Source of the DNA: Kiritimatiellia bacterium
Lineage (GTDB): Bacteria > Verrucomicrobiota > Kiritimatiellia > RFP12 > JBMNHG01
Assembly (NCBI GenBank): GCA_050950285.1
Contig: JBMNHG010000002.1
Coordinates: 1,010,654-1,074,653, forward strand
DNA length: 64,000 nt
Reading direction: 5' to 3'
Both the position numbers and the translations under genes were made by a program. The notes under the pieces were generated by a model that worked only from the letters and a program-made list of their open reading frames with translations, was not told where the DNA came from and ran no database searches. Shown here in pieces: positions 11,818 through 20,971 of the stretch. The first letter of the stretch is position 1. Each line of letters opens with the position of its first letter.

Positions 11818-13533
11818 CTATTCCTCCTGGTCTTCGGTCACGCGAAGGATCTCCTCGATGGTGGTGAAGCCGTCGAAGACGCGGCGCCAGCCGTCGTCGC
11901 GGAGGGTGGTCATGCCTTCTTTCAGGGCGGCGTCCTTGATGTCGCCGGAGGGGGCGCGGGCGGTGACGAGCGACTGGATGGCGTCGGACACCGACAGGAC
12001 CTCGAAGATGGCGCCGCGGCCCTTGAAGCCGGTCTTGCTGCACGAGTCGCACCCGACGGGGGTGTGCACCTTCCGGTTGTCGAAGAGGGAGGTGTTCACG
12101 TCCATCGACCGGAGGAGGGTGAAGTCGGGGTTGGCCTCGGCCTTGCAGGCGGGGCAGAGGCGCCGGACGAGGCGTTGCGCGAGCACGGCGGCCACGGACG
12201 AGGCGATGAGGTAGGGCTCCACGCCCATATCGGTGAGGCGCGTGAAGGCGCCGGCGGCGTCGTTGGTGTGGAGGGTGGAGAAGACGAGGTGGCCGGTGAG
12301 GGAGGCCTGCACGGCGATTTGGGCGGTTTCGCCGTCGCGGATTTCGCCCACCATCATGATGTCGGGGTCTTGCCGCAGGAACGAGCGGAGGATGCGGGCG
12401 AAGGAGAGGCCGATGTCCGGGCGCACCTGCACCTGGTTGATGCCGGGCATTTCGTATTCGATGGGGTCTTCGGCGGTGAGGATGCGTTTGTCGATGGTGT
12501 TGATTTCGCGCAGGAAGGCGTAGAGCGAGGTGGTCTTGCCGGAGCCGGTGGGGCCGGTCACCAGCAGGATGCCGTTGGGGCGATGGATGATGCGGTCGAT
12601 CACCCTGTGGTCGCGGTCGCTCATGCCGAGGTCGGCGAAGCGCACGATGCCGCCGCTTTTCTGGAGGAGGCGGAGGGAGACGCTTTCGCCGTAGGTGGTG
12701 GGGCAGGTGGAGACGCGGATGTCGATGTCCTTGCCGTTGGCGCGGATGCCGATGCGGCCGTCCATGGGGAGGCGTTTTTCGGCGATGTCGAGGTTGGCCA
12801 TGACCTTGATGCGGGAGATGATGGCGGCCTGGACGCGTTGGAGCTGGGCGGGGAGGTCGACCTTGTGGAGTATGCCGTCGATGCGGTATCGGATGCGCAA
12901 CTCGGTCTCCATGGGCTCGACGTGGATGTCGGTGGCGCCCTGCTTGTCGGCCTCGGCGATGATCTGGTTCACGAAGCGGACGACCGACGCCTCCTGGCCC
13001 ATGGCGCTGAGGTCGATTTTCGAGATGTCGGTGTCCGCGTCGGAAACGTCGAGGCGGCCGGTTTCGAGCATCTTCTCGAGGGTGTCGGCGCCTACGCCGT
13101 AGTACTTTCGGGCGGCCTTGGCGATTTCATCGCCGGGGGCGAGGGCGATGCGGACGGGGCATCCGGTGGCGAGGCGGAGTCCGTCCACCATGCCGGTGTC
13201 GAAGGGGTCGTTGGTGGCGACGGTGAGCACGCCGTCCGAGAAGGAGACGGGCACCACGGAGTACTGGAAGGCGGCGCGGGCGGGGAGCTTTTCGATGGCG
13301 GCGGCGGGCGGTTCGGAGCCGGCGAGGGGGGTGAAGGCGAGGCCGAGCTGCGGGGCGAGTTTTTCGAGGAAGTCCGCCTCGCGCACGCCGGTCGGCTCGC
13401 ACAGCAACTCCACCAGGCCCGTTTCGCCGTCGTGCGGCGTGGCGAGGATGCTTTCGATCTGCCCTTCGGCGAAGAGGCCCGTGCGCTCCAGAAGCGGCAG
13501 CAACACGGCGTTTCGGGTGTCCATTGGATCCAT
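11818..13533 (-). CDS. GspE/PulE/PilB family secretion or type IV pilus assembly ATPase
   Basis: ATDIHVEP, RYRIDG.L, SRIKVMANLDIAEKRLP.DG, Walker A GPTGSGKTT, TAEDPIEY, LRQDPDI.MVGEIRD, TGHLVFSTLHTND, CxxC...CxxC. Confidence 0.95.
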   Translation of the reverse strand: MDPMDTRNAVLLPLLERTGLFAEGQIESILATPHDGETGLVELLCEPTGVREADFLEKLAPQLGLAFTPLAGSEPPAAAIEKLPARAAFQYSVVPVSFSDGVLTVATNDPFDTGMVDGLRLATGCPVRIALAPGDEIAKAARKYYGVGADTLEKMLETGRLDVSDADTDISKIDLSAMGQEASVVRFVNQIIAEADKQGATDIHVEPMETELRIRYRIDGILHKVDLPAQLQRVQAAIISRIKVMANLDIAEKRLPMDGRIGIRANGKDIDIRVSTCPTTYGESVSLRLLQKSGGIVRFADLGMSDRDHRVIDRIIHRPNGILLVTGPTGSGKTTSLYAFLREINTIDKRILTAEDPIEYEMPGINQVQVRPDIGLSFARILRSFLRQDPDIMMVGEIRDGETAQIAVQASLTGHLVFSTLHTNDAAGAFTRLTDMGVEPYLIASSVAAVLAQRLVRRLCPACKAEANPDFTLLRSMDVNTSLFDNRKVHTPVGCDSCSKTGFKGRGAIFEVLSVSDAIQSLVTARAPSGDIKDAALKEGMTTLRDDGWRRVFDGFTTIEEILRVTEDQEE

Positions 13534-13632
13534 GCCGCCACTATACCCCAAGTCCATCGGGCGTGGGAAGCGGAAGTTGCGCGGGAGAGGCGTTGCTTTA
13601 CAGGACTCCTTCTTTCTGCAAAAATCGGAACC

Positions 13633-16482
13633 ATGGAATCCACCGAGTTCATCGTCACACTTCCCGCTTCGTCCGTGGCCGCGCTGGCCCGCGATCCCTC
13701 CGCCGTGCGCGGCGCCTTCGCCACCTCCGATCCGCCGGGGCGCCAGCTGGGCTCCGGCGGCGGGACCGTGAACGCCCTGCTCGACGCCTGGAAGCATGCG
13801 GGCTCGCCGGACTGGCGCTCGTGGCTCGCCGCCTCGCGCAAGCTCATGATCCACGGGAGCGGCCAGAGCCGCCGCCTCCCCGGCTACGCCGTCGAAGGCA
13901 AGTCGCTCCTCCCCCTTCCGTTGTCCCCGTTCGCGACGGCGCAACCGTTCGACCAGACGCTTCTCGACCTCCAGATGGCCGTCTATGGAAGCCTCTTCCG
14001 GAACACGCCCGCGTCCTACCGCCTCGCCATCGCCTGCGGCGACGTGCTGGTCACCCACGACGAGCCCATCCCCGTCTGCCCGGAAGCGGACGTGTTGATC
14101 GTGGGGATCCCGTCGACGCCGGAGGAGGCCAGCCACCACGGCGTCCTCTTCTGTCCGAACGACAACCTCGCGCGCCTCGATTTCTTCCTGCAGAAGCCGT
14201 CGCCCGACCGCATCCGCGAACTCGCCGCCGAACACTCGCCGCTTCTCGACACGGGCATCTGGATGCTGGGCGAACGCGCCGTCGACGTGCTGATGCGGTG
14301 TTGCGGGCTCAATCCGTCCGCCCCTTCCGGCGAGCCGTGCGCCTACGACCTCTTCGACCGGTTCGCGACCGCGCTCGGCGAGCATCCCGCCCGCGAGGAC
14401 GCCGGACTGGCCGACCTCTCCGTCGCCGTGCTTCCGCTTTCCTCCGGGCGTTTCCTCCACTTCGGGACGAACCGGTCGGTCCTCCACTCCGTCGCGCAGC
14501 TCGCGGCGCCGGCCGAATCCCGCCACAGCTTCGGCGACGACGCGGCGGCGGGCCCCGTCCTGTGCGATTCGATCGTGGAGGCGGAGATCGGCCGCGACAA
14601 CACCGACCTGTGGATCGACGCCTCCGAGATCCCGGCCACGTGGCAACTTGCTTCGCGGCACGTTCTCACGGGCATCCCCGCGAACGAATGGACGCTGGCG
14701 CTCCCCGCGGGCGCCTGCCTCGACGCCCTCGCGCTGCGCGACGCGGAGGGCCTTTGCTGGCGCGCCTACGGGTTCGACGATCCCACGCGCGGCCCGGCGG
14801 GCGATCCCGCCACCCTCTGGCAGGGACGTCCCTTCGTCGACTGGCTCGCCGCGCGCGGGCTCACCCTCGCCGAGGCCGGAATCGATCCCGCCGCCGATCT
14901 CCACGATGCGCCAATCCATCCGGTCCTCGATGCCGCCGACCCCCGTTGCGGCGCGCTGCTCGCGTGGATTCTCGCCGAGTCCCCAACGCCCGGCGCGGAG
15001 CTCGCGGCCCTCTGGCGCTCGCTTCCACGCCTCTGCTCCGCCGACCTGCTCCGCCGGGGCGACCCCTCCGTCCGCCGGGCGGCGCGCCGCGTTTTGGCCG
15101 TCCGCGCCTTCGGGAGGCTCGACGCCGCGGCCTGGGCGGAACGCTGCCTGCGCCTCGACCTCGCGTCCGCGGCCTCGCTCGTCGCCTCGGGCGTCCTTCC
15201 GCCGCCGCCCGCGCCCCCGGACGCCACCCTTTCCGCCGCGCACGACGCCGCCTTCCGCGAGCGCGCCGGCCTCCCCGTCGCCAAGACCGCGACCGGACAC
15301 CTGCGCGACCTCATCGTGGATCGCACGGCCCTCCGGCCCGCCCATCCGCGGCGCGCCGTGCTCGAGGACCAGATCGTGTGGGGGCGCTCCCCCGCCCGCA
15401 TCGACCTCGCCGGCGGCTGGACGGACACTCCGCCCTACTGCCTCGAACACGGCGGGGAGGTGGTGAACGTGGCGCTCGACCTCAATGGACAGCCCCCCAT
15501 CCAGGCCTTCGCGCGCGTCTGCACCGAGCCGCGCATCGTCCTTCGCTCCATCGACCTCGGCGTGGGAGAGGAGATCGCGACCTACGACGACCTCCTCTCC
15601 CCCGCGTCCCTCGGCGGAGCCTTCAGCATCCCGCGCACGGCGCTCCGCCTGGCCGGGGTGGACCCGCGCTTCCGCGACGGCGCCGGCGACACGCGCGACC
15701 TTCGCGCCTGGCTCGTCGACACCTTCGGCGGCGGCATCGAACTCACCATCCTCGCCGCCATTCCCAAGGGATCCGGCCTGGGCACCAGCTCCATCCTCGC
15801 CGCCACCGTGCTCGGAACGCTGGGCGAACTGTTCAATCTCGGCTGGAGCCCGGACGACGTCGTCGTGAGGACCCTCGCGCTCGAACAGCTCCTCTCCGCC
15901 GGCGGCGGGTGGCAGGACCAGGTGGGAGGAATCACCGAGGGCGTGAAACTCGTCTCCAGCGACCCCGGCATCGCCCAACGCCTCACCGTGCGCTGGCTCC
16001 CGGGCCAGTTGCTGCAGGAGGCGATCGCCGACCGCCGCCTCTCCCTCTACTACACCGGCATCACGCGCGTGGCCCACAACATCCTCGGGGAGATCGTGAA
16101 CAACATCTTCCTGAACGAGCCCCGCACCATCGGGCTTCTCGACGAAATCGGACGCAACGCCCGCTTCCTCGCGGACGCCCTGCAACGTCGCGACTGGGAC
16201 GGCGTGGCCGAAGCGGTGCGCCGCAGCTGGCGCCTGAACCGGGCGCTGGATTCCGGAACGAACCCGCCCGCCGTGCAGGAGATCCTCGACCGCGTCGCGC
16301 CCTGGACGGCCGCCGCGAAGCTCGCCGGCGCGGGCGGCGGCGGATACCTGCTCCTGCTCGCGAAGGACGCCGAATCCGGCCTGCGCCTGCGCCGCGAGCT
16401 CGAACGCGATCCGCCCAATCCCCGCGCCCGTTTCGTCGAACCCTCCCTTTCCACCACCGGCTTCCAGGTCACGCGCAGCTAG
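13633..16482 (+). CDS. fkp: Bifunctional L-fucokinase / GDP-L-fucose pyrophosphorylase
   Basis: SDPPG.QLGSGGGT, H..GQSRRLPGYA..GK, F.HFGT, and a GHMP-kinase half with WGRSPARIDLAGGWTDTPPY, IPKGSGLGTSSIL, GGGWQDQ, LAGAGGGGYL. Confidence 0.92.
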   Translation: MESTEFIVTLPASSVAALARDPSAVRGAFATSDPPGRQLGSGGGTVNALLDAWKHAGSPDWRSWLAASRKLMIHGSGQSRRLPGYAVEGKSLLPLPLSPFATAQPFDQTLLDLQMAVYGSLFRNTPASYRLAIACGDVLVTHDEPIPVCPEADVLIVGIPSTPEEASHHGVLFCPNDNLARLDFFLQKPSPDRIRELAAEHSPLLDTGIWMLGERAVDVLMRCCGLNPSAPSGEPCAYDLFDRFATALGEHPAREDAGLADLSVAVLPLSSGRFLHFGTNRSVLHSVAQLAAPAESRHSFGDDAAAGPVLCDSIVEAEIGRDNTDLWIDASEIPATWQLASRHVLTGIPANEWTLALPAGACLDALALRDAEGLCWRAYGFDDPTRGPAGDPATLWQGRPFVDWLAARGLTLAEAGIDPAADLHDAPIHPVLDAADPRCGALLAWILAESPTPGAELAALWRSLPRLCSADLLRRGDPSVRRAARRVLAVRAFGRLDAAAWAERCLRLDLASAASLVASGVLPPPPAPPDATLSAAHDAAFRERAGLPVAKTATGHLRDLIVDRTALRPAHPRRAVLEDQIVWGRSPARIDLAGGWTDTPPYCLEHGGEVVNVALDLNGQPPIQAFARVCTEPRIVLRSIDLGVGEEIATYDDLLSPASLGGAFSIPRTALRLAGVDPRFRDGAGDTRDLRAWLVDTFGGGIELTILAAIPKGSGLGTSSILAATVLGTLGELFNLGWSPDDVVVRTLALEQLLSAGGGWQDQVGGITEGVKLVSSDPGIAQRLTVRWLPGQLLQEAIADRRLSLYYTGITRVAHNILGEIVNNIFLNEPRTIGLLDEIGRNARFLADALQRRDWDGVAEAVRRSWRLNRALDSGTNPPAVQEILDRVAPWTAAAKLAGAGGGGYLLLLAKDAESGLRLRRELERDPPNPRARFVEPSLSTTGFQVTRS

Positions 16483-16540
16483 CGCATGGTCCGGACCCGC
16501 CCGCGATTTTGCGGCGCGCCGCCGCCGAAGCCCCTCCGCC

Positions 16541-17590
16541 ATGACGCTCGAAACAACCCTTGCCTCGATCCCCCCGCGAGACGCGGAGTGCGCCGCCCGG
16601 GTGAAAGACCGCCTCGAAAGGCTCGCCATGCCCCGATGGGCGCTCGGCCGCATGCTCGACCTCGCCGTGGACGTCGCCGCAATCCGGGGGGAAGACCGCC
16701 CCGACGTCTCGCGGCGCGTCATCGCCATCGCCGCAGGAGACCACGGCGTGGCCGCCGAGGGCGTCACGAACTTCCCGCAGTCCTTCACCGGAACGATGAT
16801 GGTGGACTTCCTCGGCGGCGGCGCGGGAATCAACGCGCTCGCCTCCGCCAGCTCCACGGACATCCTGCTCGCGGACTTCGGCGTGAAGCACGTCCCGCCC
16901 GCCGTCGCGGCGTGGGAGCGCTTCCGCGACGTCTCCGTCGGAAAGGGGACGGCAAGCTTCCTGCGGGGCCCCGCCATGACGCGCGCCCAGGCGCGGCAGG
17001 CGGTCGAAAACGGCATCCGGCTCGCGGACGGCCTGGCGGATGCCGGCTACGGGGTGATCGGCCTGGGCGAGCTCGGCATCGGCAACACCACGCCCAGCGC
17101 GGCCATCGTCGCATGCGTCACCGGACAGGATCCCCGCGCCGTCACCGGCCGGGGCACGGGACTGAGCGACGAGCAGCTCGCGCACAAGGCGGACGTGGTC
17201 GCACGCGGACTGGAAGTGAACCGGCCCGATCCGAAGGACGGCCTGGATCTGCTGGCGAAGGTGGGCGGATTCGAAATCGCCGGCATGGCGGGAATCTGCC
17301 TGGGCGCCGCCGCGCGCAGGGTGCCCGTCGTCCTGGACGGCCTGATCACCACGGCGGGCGCACTCGCCGCCGCCGTGCTGGCGCCGCACGCGCGCGACGC
17401 CATGGTGGCCTCGCACCTCTCCGCCGAGCCCGGGCACCGCTTCGCCCTCGCCCATCTGGGCCTGACGGCGTACCTCGACCTCGGGCTCCGCCTGGGCGAG
17501 GGGACCGGCGCCGCGATCATGATGAACCTCGTGGCCTCCTCCGCGGCCATCCTCGCGAAGATGAAGACCTTCGAAGAACTCGGCCTCTAG
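16541..17590 (+). CDS. cobT: Nicotinate-nucleotide--dimethylbenzimidazole phosphoribosyltransferase
   Basis: LGR, AGDHGVAAEGV, GGGAGIN, GELGIGNTTPS, TGRGTG, VGGFEI, DGLI, H.SAEPGH, LGLRLGEGTGA. Confidence 0.95.
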   Translation: MTLETTLASIPPRDAECAARVKDRLERLAMPRWALGRMLDLAVDVAAIRGEDRPDVSRRVIAIAAGDHGVAAEGVTNFPQSFTGTMMVDFLGGGAGINALASASSTDILLADFGVKHVPPAVAAWERFRDVSVGKGTASFLRGPAMTRAQARQAVENGIRLADGLADAGYGVIGLGELGIGNTTPSAAIVACVTGQDPRAVTGRGTGLSDEQLAHKADVVARGLEVNRPDPKDGLDLLAKVGGFEIAGMAGICLGAAARRVPVVLDGLITTAGALAAAVLAPHARDAMVASHLSAEPGHRFALAHLGLTAYLDLGLRLGEGTGAAIMMNLVASSAAILAKMKTFEELGL

Positions 17591-18345
17591 TACGGCAGGT
17601 CGAAGTCGATGAATTCGACCGGGAGCCGGAAGGTCTTCCGAAGCAGGTCGCCCACCGCGCGGACGCCGAAGCGCTCGGTGGCGTAGTGGCCCGCAAGAAC
17701 CATGTTGAGCCCGAGGTCGCGGGCGAGGTTGTAGCCCGCCAGCGAGGACTCGCCCGACAGATAGGCGTCGAGCCCCGCGACGGCGGCTTGGTCCGCCATG
17801 TCCGCCGCACCGCCGGAGATGACGCCGAGCGTGCGGATGCGCGGCTTCCCGAAGGGCATCCCGACGGGATGGGGCGAGACCTTCCGTGCCACGAGATTGC
17901 GGAACGCATCGAAGGAAAGAGGCTTTTCGAAGACGCCGCGAACGCCGATGGCCTGCCCGTGGTATTGGCCGAAGGGCTCGATCTCGCGCAATCCCAGCGC
18001 CTTCGCCAGCTGGGCGTTGTTGCCCAGCGTGGGGTGGGCATCAAGCGGAAGATGGCAGGCATAGAGGGCCATGCCATGCTCCAGGAGGAAGCGGATCCGC
18101 CGGTAGCCGAGCCCCGTGATGCGCCGGAGCGAATCGCCCCAGCTGATCCCGTGGTGCACCACCAGCAAATCCGCCTCCTTCGCCGCAGCCGCCTCGAAGA
18201 ACTCCATCGAGGCATCCACGCCGCAGCAGACACGCGACACGCTTCCGGCGTTCTCCACCTGAAGGCCGTTGTTCGAAGCGTCCTGGAAGGCCGCCAGGTC
18301 GAGGCGGCGGTCCAGGAACTCCACGATTTCCGAAAGCGGTCGCAT
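17587..18345 (-). CDS. Nif3-like dinuclear metal centre hexameric protein (YbgI/DUF34)
   Basis: D...[43 protein letters not shown]. Confidence 0.93.
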   Translation of the reverse strand: MRPLSEIVEFLDRRLDLAAFQDASNNGLQVENAGSVSRVCCGVDASMEFFEAAAAKEADLLVVHHGISWGDSLRRITGLGYRRIRFLLEHGMALYACHLPLDAHPTLGNNAQLAKALGLREIEPFGQYHGQAIGVRGVFEKPLSFDAFRNLVARKVSPHPVGMPFGKPRIRTLGVISGGAADMADQAAVAGLDAYLSGESSLAGYNLARDLGLNMVLAGHYATERFGVRAVGDLLRKTFRLPVEFIDFDLPY

Positions 18346-18358
18346 GCCGGAACCCCAA

Positions 18359-19873
18359 TCAGTCGACCTTGGGCTCCCACCCCTTGCGGTAGCAGGGGCG
18401 CTTCAGCCACGTGGGGTCGCCGGTTCCGTTCGCGAAGGTGTTGCGCTTCGGATCCCAGTCGAAGCCCACGTCGTAGACGTAGCTGATGTTGCAGAGCAGG
18501 CAAAGGATCGCGGCGCGCGCGCCGGTCTCGGCAGGCGAAACCGGCGCCTTGCGGGTGCGGCAACACTCCACGAAGTTCCCCGTCTGCGAGACGGACTTGT
18601 AGAGCTGGACGGGCGCGGTGTCGAGGCGGAAGTGCTTCTCGATCGCATCCAGGGCGATGCCGAGCCCGTCGCCGGCCTGCACGTCGGTGCGGTCGCCCCA
18701 CTCCTCGCCGTAGAAGGCGGCGACCTTCTTCATCCGCTTGAACGTGCCGTCCGCAAGCTGCTTGCGGATCGCGTCGGTGGGCTTCACGCCCCTGCCGGTC
18801 CAGACGGCGATCTTGCCGCGGTTCACCGCCACGATGCCCTTCGAGCCGAAGAAGACCGTCCCCCAGGTCGAGAAGGGGTTGTGCCGGATGGCGCACCCGC
18901 CGGGAAGAACGAATTCCATGCCCTGTTGACGCCGGCAGCCGTGGATGGGGTTCACCGAATAGGGCGCATCCGACCGGACAATCTTCACGGGTCCGGACTT
19001 GTCGAGGTCGAGCGCCCACTGGGCGATGTCGAGGTGGTGCGCGCCCCAGTCGCCGTTGTAGCCGGAGGCGTAGGCATCGTCGAAACGCCAGAACATCGGG
19101 AAGAAGTCGTGGACGCCGCGCGGGGCGCACTGGTCGCAGTAGGGCGACCACGGGGCCGGGCCCAGCCACATGTCCCAGTCGACATCCTTGTTGGGCGCGC
19201 TCTCCTTCTCCGCGTTCCGGATGTCGTCGAAGAAGCGGTGGGGCTGCGAAGGCCCGCCCAGACGCTCGGCGTCCGTGCCCTGCCCGTAGTTGCAGTCGAC
19301 GAACTTCACGTCGCCGACGAGGCCGTTGCGCACGATCATGCAGGCCGTCCGGAACTCGCGCCGGGAGCGTTGCCAGGCGCCGGTCTGGAAGATGCGCTTG
19401 TACTTCTTCTGCGCCTTCACCACGAGCAGCGCCTCGTCGATGCTGTACGTGAGCGGCTTTTCGCAGTAGACGTCCTTGCCGGCCTTCATGGCCTCGATGG
19501 CGATGTAGGCGTGCCAGTGGTCCGGCACGGCGATCACGACCATGTCGATCGACTTGTCCCGGATCACGTCGCGGAAATCGGCCACGGCCTTGCATTTCCC
19601 CACAAGGTGCTTCTTCTCCGGAAGCTTGGCATATGCGGCATCCACCTGCTTCACGCCGGCCTCGCGGCGCTTCTTGTCGCAGTCGCAAATCGCGGAGACG
19701 GCAACGGGAAGGCCCAGGAACTGCGGGACAAGCATCGTGCGCGCCTGGATGCCCATGCCGATGATGGCGAGCTTCGGGAGGGAGCCCTTGGCGGCGGGCT
19801 TCTTTTCAACGGGTTTCTTCGCGGCCTTGGAGGCACACGGGCGGCATTTCTTGGAGACGGACGTTACAGACAT
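18359..19873 (-). CDS. Gfo/Idh/MocA family oxidoreductase
   Basis: [14 protein letters not shown]...[20 protein letters not shown]...[24 protein letters not shown]. Confidence 0.92.
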   Translation of the reverse strand: MSVTSVSKKCRPCASKAAKKPVEKKPAAKGSLPKLAIIGMGIQARTMLVPQFLGLPVAVSAICDCDKKRREAGVKQVDAAYAKLPEKKHLVGKCKAVADFRDVIRDKSIDMVVIAVPDHWHAYIAIEAMKAGKDVYCEKPLTYSIDEALLVVKAQKKYKRIFQTGAWQRSRREFRTACMIVRNGLVGDVKFVDCNYGQGTDAERLGGPSQPHRFFDDIRNAEKESAPNKDVDWDMWLGPAPWSPYCDQCAPRGVHDFFPMFWRFDDAYASGYNGDWGAHHLDIAQWALDLDKSGPVKIVRSDAPYSVNPIHGCRRQQGMEFVLPGGCAIRHNPFSTWGTVFFGSKGIVAVNRGKIAVWTGRGVKPTDAIRKQLADGTFKRMKKVAAFYGEEWGDRTDVQAGDGLGIALDAIEKHFRLDTAPVQLYKSVSQTGNFVECCRTRKAPVSPAETGARAAILCLLCNISYVYDVGFDWDPKRNTFANGTGDPTWLKRPCYRKGWEPKVD

Positions 19874-19972
19874 CGCGGGAATCCTTTCGTGAGGTGAAAA
19901 CAAGTGCATCCACCATACCACAAGCGCATGGGGTTGGCCATGGGGTCCGAAAAAAAACGCCTCTTGACCAAA

Positions 19973-20071
19973 TCACAAATCCCGTCTTCCCGCCTGCGCC
20001 GCAGCAGCGGCCAGCAGAAAGATCGAGAGAATCGACAAAATCGATTCACTCGAAAAACCCACGCCTCTCAT
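19973..20071 (-). pseudogene. 32-codon signal-peptide-like stub coupled to the four-helix-bundle gene stop
   Basis: MRGVGFSSESILSILSIFLLAAAAAQAGRRDL. Its ATG overlaps the upstream TGA (ATGA). The SILSILSI stretch is encoded by the 9-nt repeats. Confidence 0.35.
20024..20047. repeat. Inverted-repeat arm downstream of four-helix-bundle gene 1
   Basis: CGAGAGAATCGACAAAATCGATTC is 22/24 complementary to 20658-20681. Confidence 0.85.
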
Positions 20072-20607
20072 TTTTCGCCTCCTTCCATTTCCCGCGCACC
20101 CCTGCACTCGGGATATCCCGTGCAGCCCCAGAACTCCCGGCCCGCGTTCTTGCCGCTCCTCGCCTTCCGACGCGCCATCGGCTTGCCGCAATCGGGGCAA
20201 ACCGGCGCGGCCTGCTGCCGCGCCCGGGCTTCGACCCGAATCCCGCTCAGCTTCTCGCGGAAGCCGCCTTCCGCCTTGAACGCCTCTCCCTGGGACTCCA
20301 AGGGAACCTGCTCCTGCTGCAGAAGCCAGTTCAGGTAGTCGCCCGCCAGTTCGGCGAGGCTGGAGCGCGCGACATCGGTCAGCTTCATTTCCGTCTCGCG
20401 GGAAGTCGCGTGACGCGCCGAACCCTCGGCGATGTTGGAGCAACCGGATCGCGCCGCCTGCGTCATCTGGTCGTACTGCCGTCCGCACGGATCGTTCGTC
20501 CGGTTCAGGAAACGCTTGCAGAACCGCTGCGTCCCGAGTTGCACGATGTTGGCCAGAATCCACGAATCCAGCCGGAAATAGCCGCCTGTGCCGCCGAACA
20601 TGCTCAT
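20068..20607 (-). CDS. Four-helix-bundle (IVS-protein/bAvd-like) protein with suffix domain and topoisomerase-type C4 zinc ribbon; internally deleted copy
   Basis: GGYFRL, R.YDQMTQAARSG..NIAEGS, ETEMKLTDVARSSL.EL..DY, F..EGGFRE.L, CPDCGKPM...FWGCTGYPEC. About 70 aa shorter in the middle than the paralogue at 54771. Confidence 0.85.
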   Translation of the reverse strand: MSMFGGTGGYFRLDSWILANIVQLGTQRFCKRFLNRTNDPCGRQYDQMTQAARSGCSNIAEGSARHATSRETEMKLTDVARSSLAELAGDYLNWLLQQEQVPLESQGEAFKAEGGFREKLSGIRVEARARQQAAPVCPDCGKPMARRKARSGKNAGREFWGCTGYPECRGAREMEGGEK

Positions 20608-20807
20608 GATCGCTCCTTTGTTTTCGATGTTTTCGATGGAATCGAAGGGATTCGATGGAATCGATTCCGTCGATTCTCTCGGTTCATTCGCTTCGAGCCG
20701 CCGCCGCGTTGTTCCGCCCGCACGTTCGAAACCACAGGATCACCCGCGGGACAGACGCCCGCGCCCAGAACGATCGCTACCGCCGACAAAAACAAAGCCT
20801 TGCGCAT
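20604..20807 (-). pseudogene. Truncated secreted-protein gene (signal peptide plus DPVVSNVRAEQR) running into the repeat tract
   Basis: MRKALFLSAVAIVLGAGVCPAGDPVVSNVRAEQRGG, then low-complexity repeat-encoded residues to a TGA that overlaps the four-helix ATG. Confidence 0.5.
20621..20697. repeat. About 9-nt periodic TCGA-core tandem repeat tract containing the upstream inverted-repeat arm (20658-20681)
   Basis: TTTTCGATG TTTTCGATG GAATCGAAG GGATTCGATG GAATCGATT CCGTCGATT CTCTCGGTT. Confidence 0.85.
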
Positions 20808-20971
20808 GTTGCAATTCTCCCGGCTGGACGAGAGATTGCCGCCGGCACGGAGAAAAGTGAAATTTGGAAAAAACAAAGAGGTCCGCGCCCGGCGTCCTTT
20901 CATAGGACTTCATATGACGAAACAAGCGGGATGATTTCCTTTTGCCTTTCCGGCTTCCATCCCCTATCTTG

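Noticed and set aside
8159..17016. Very long ORFs such as 8159..12214 (+), the 5' part of 11323..16482 (+) and the 5' part of 11818..17016 (-)
   Set aside because: They are antisense or alternate-frame shadows of well-supported genes in high-GC DNA and carry no recognisable motifs. The real starts are internal (13633 and 13533).
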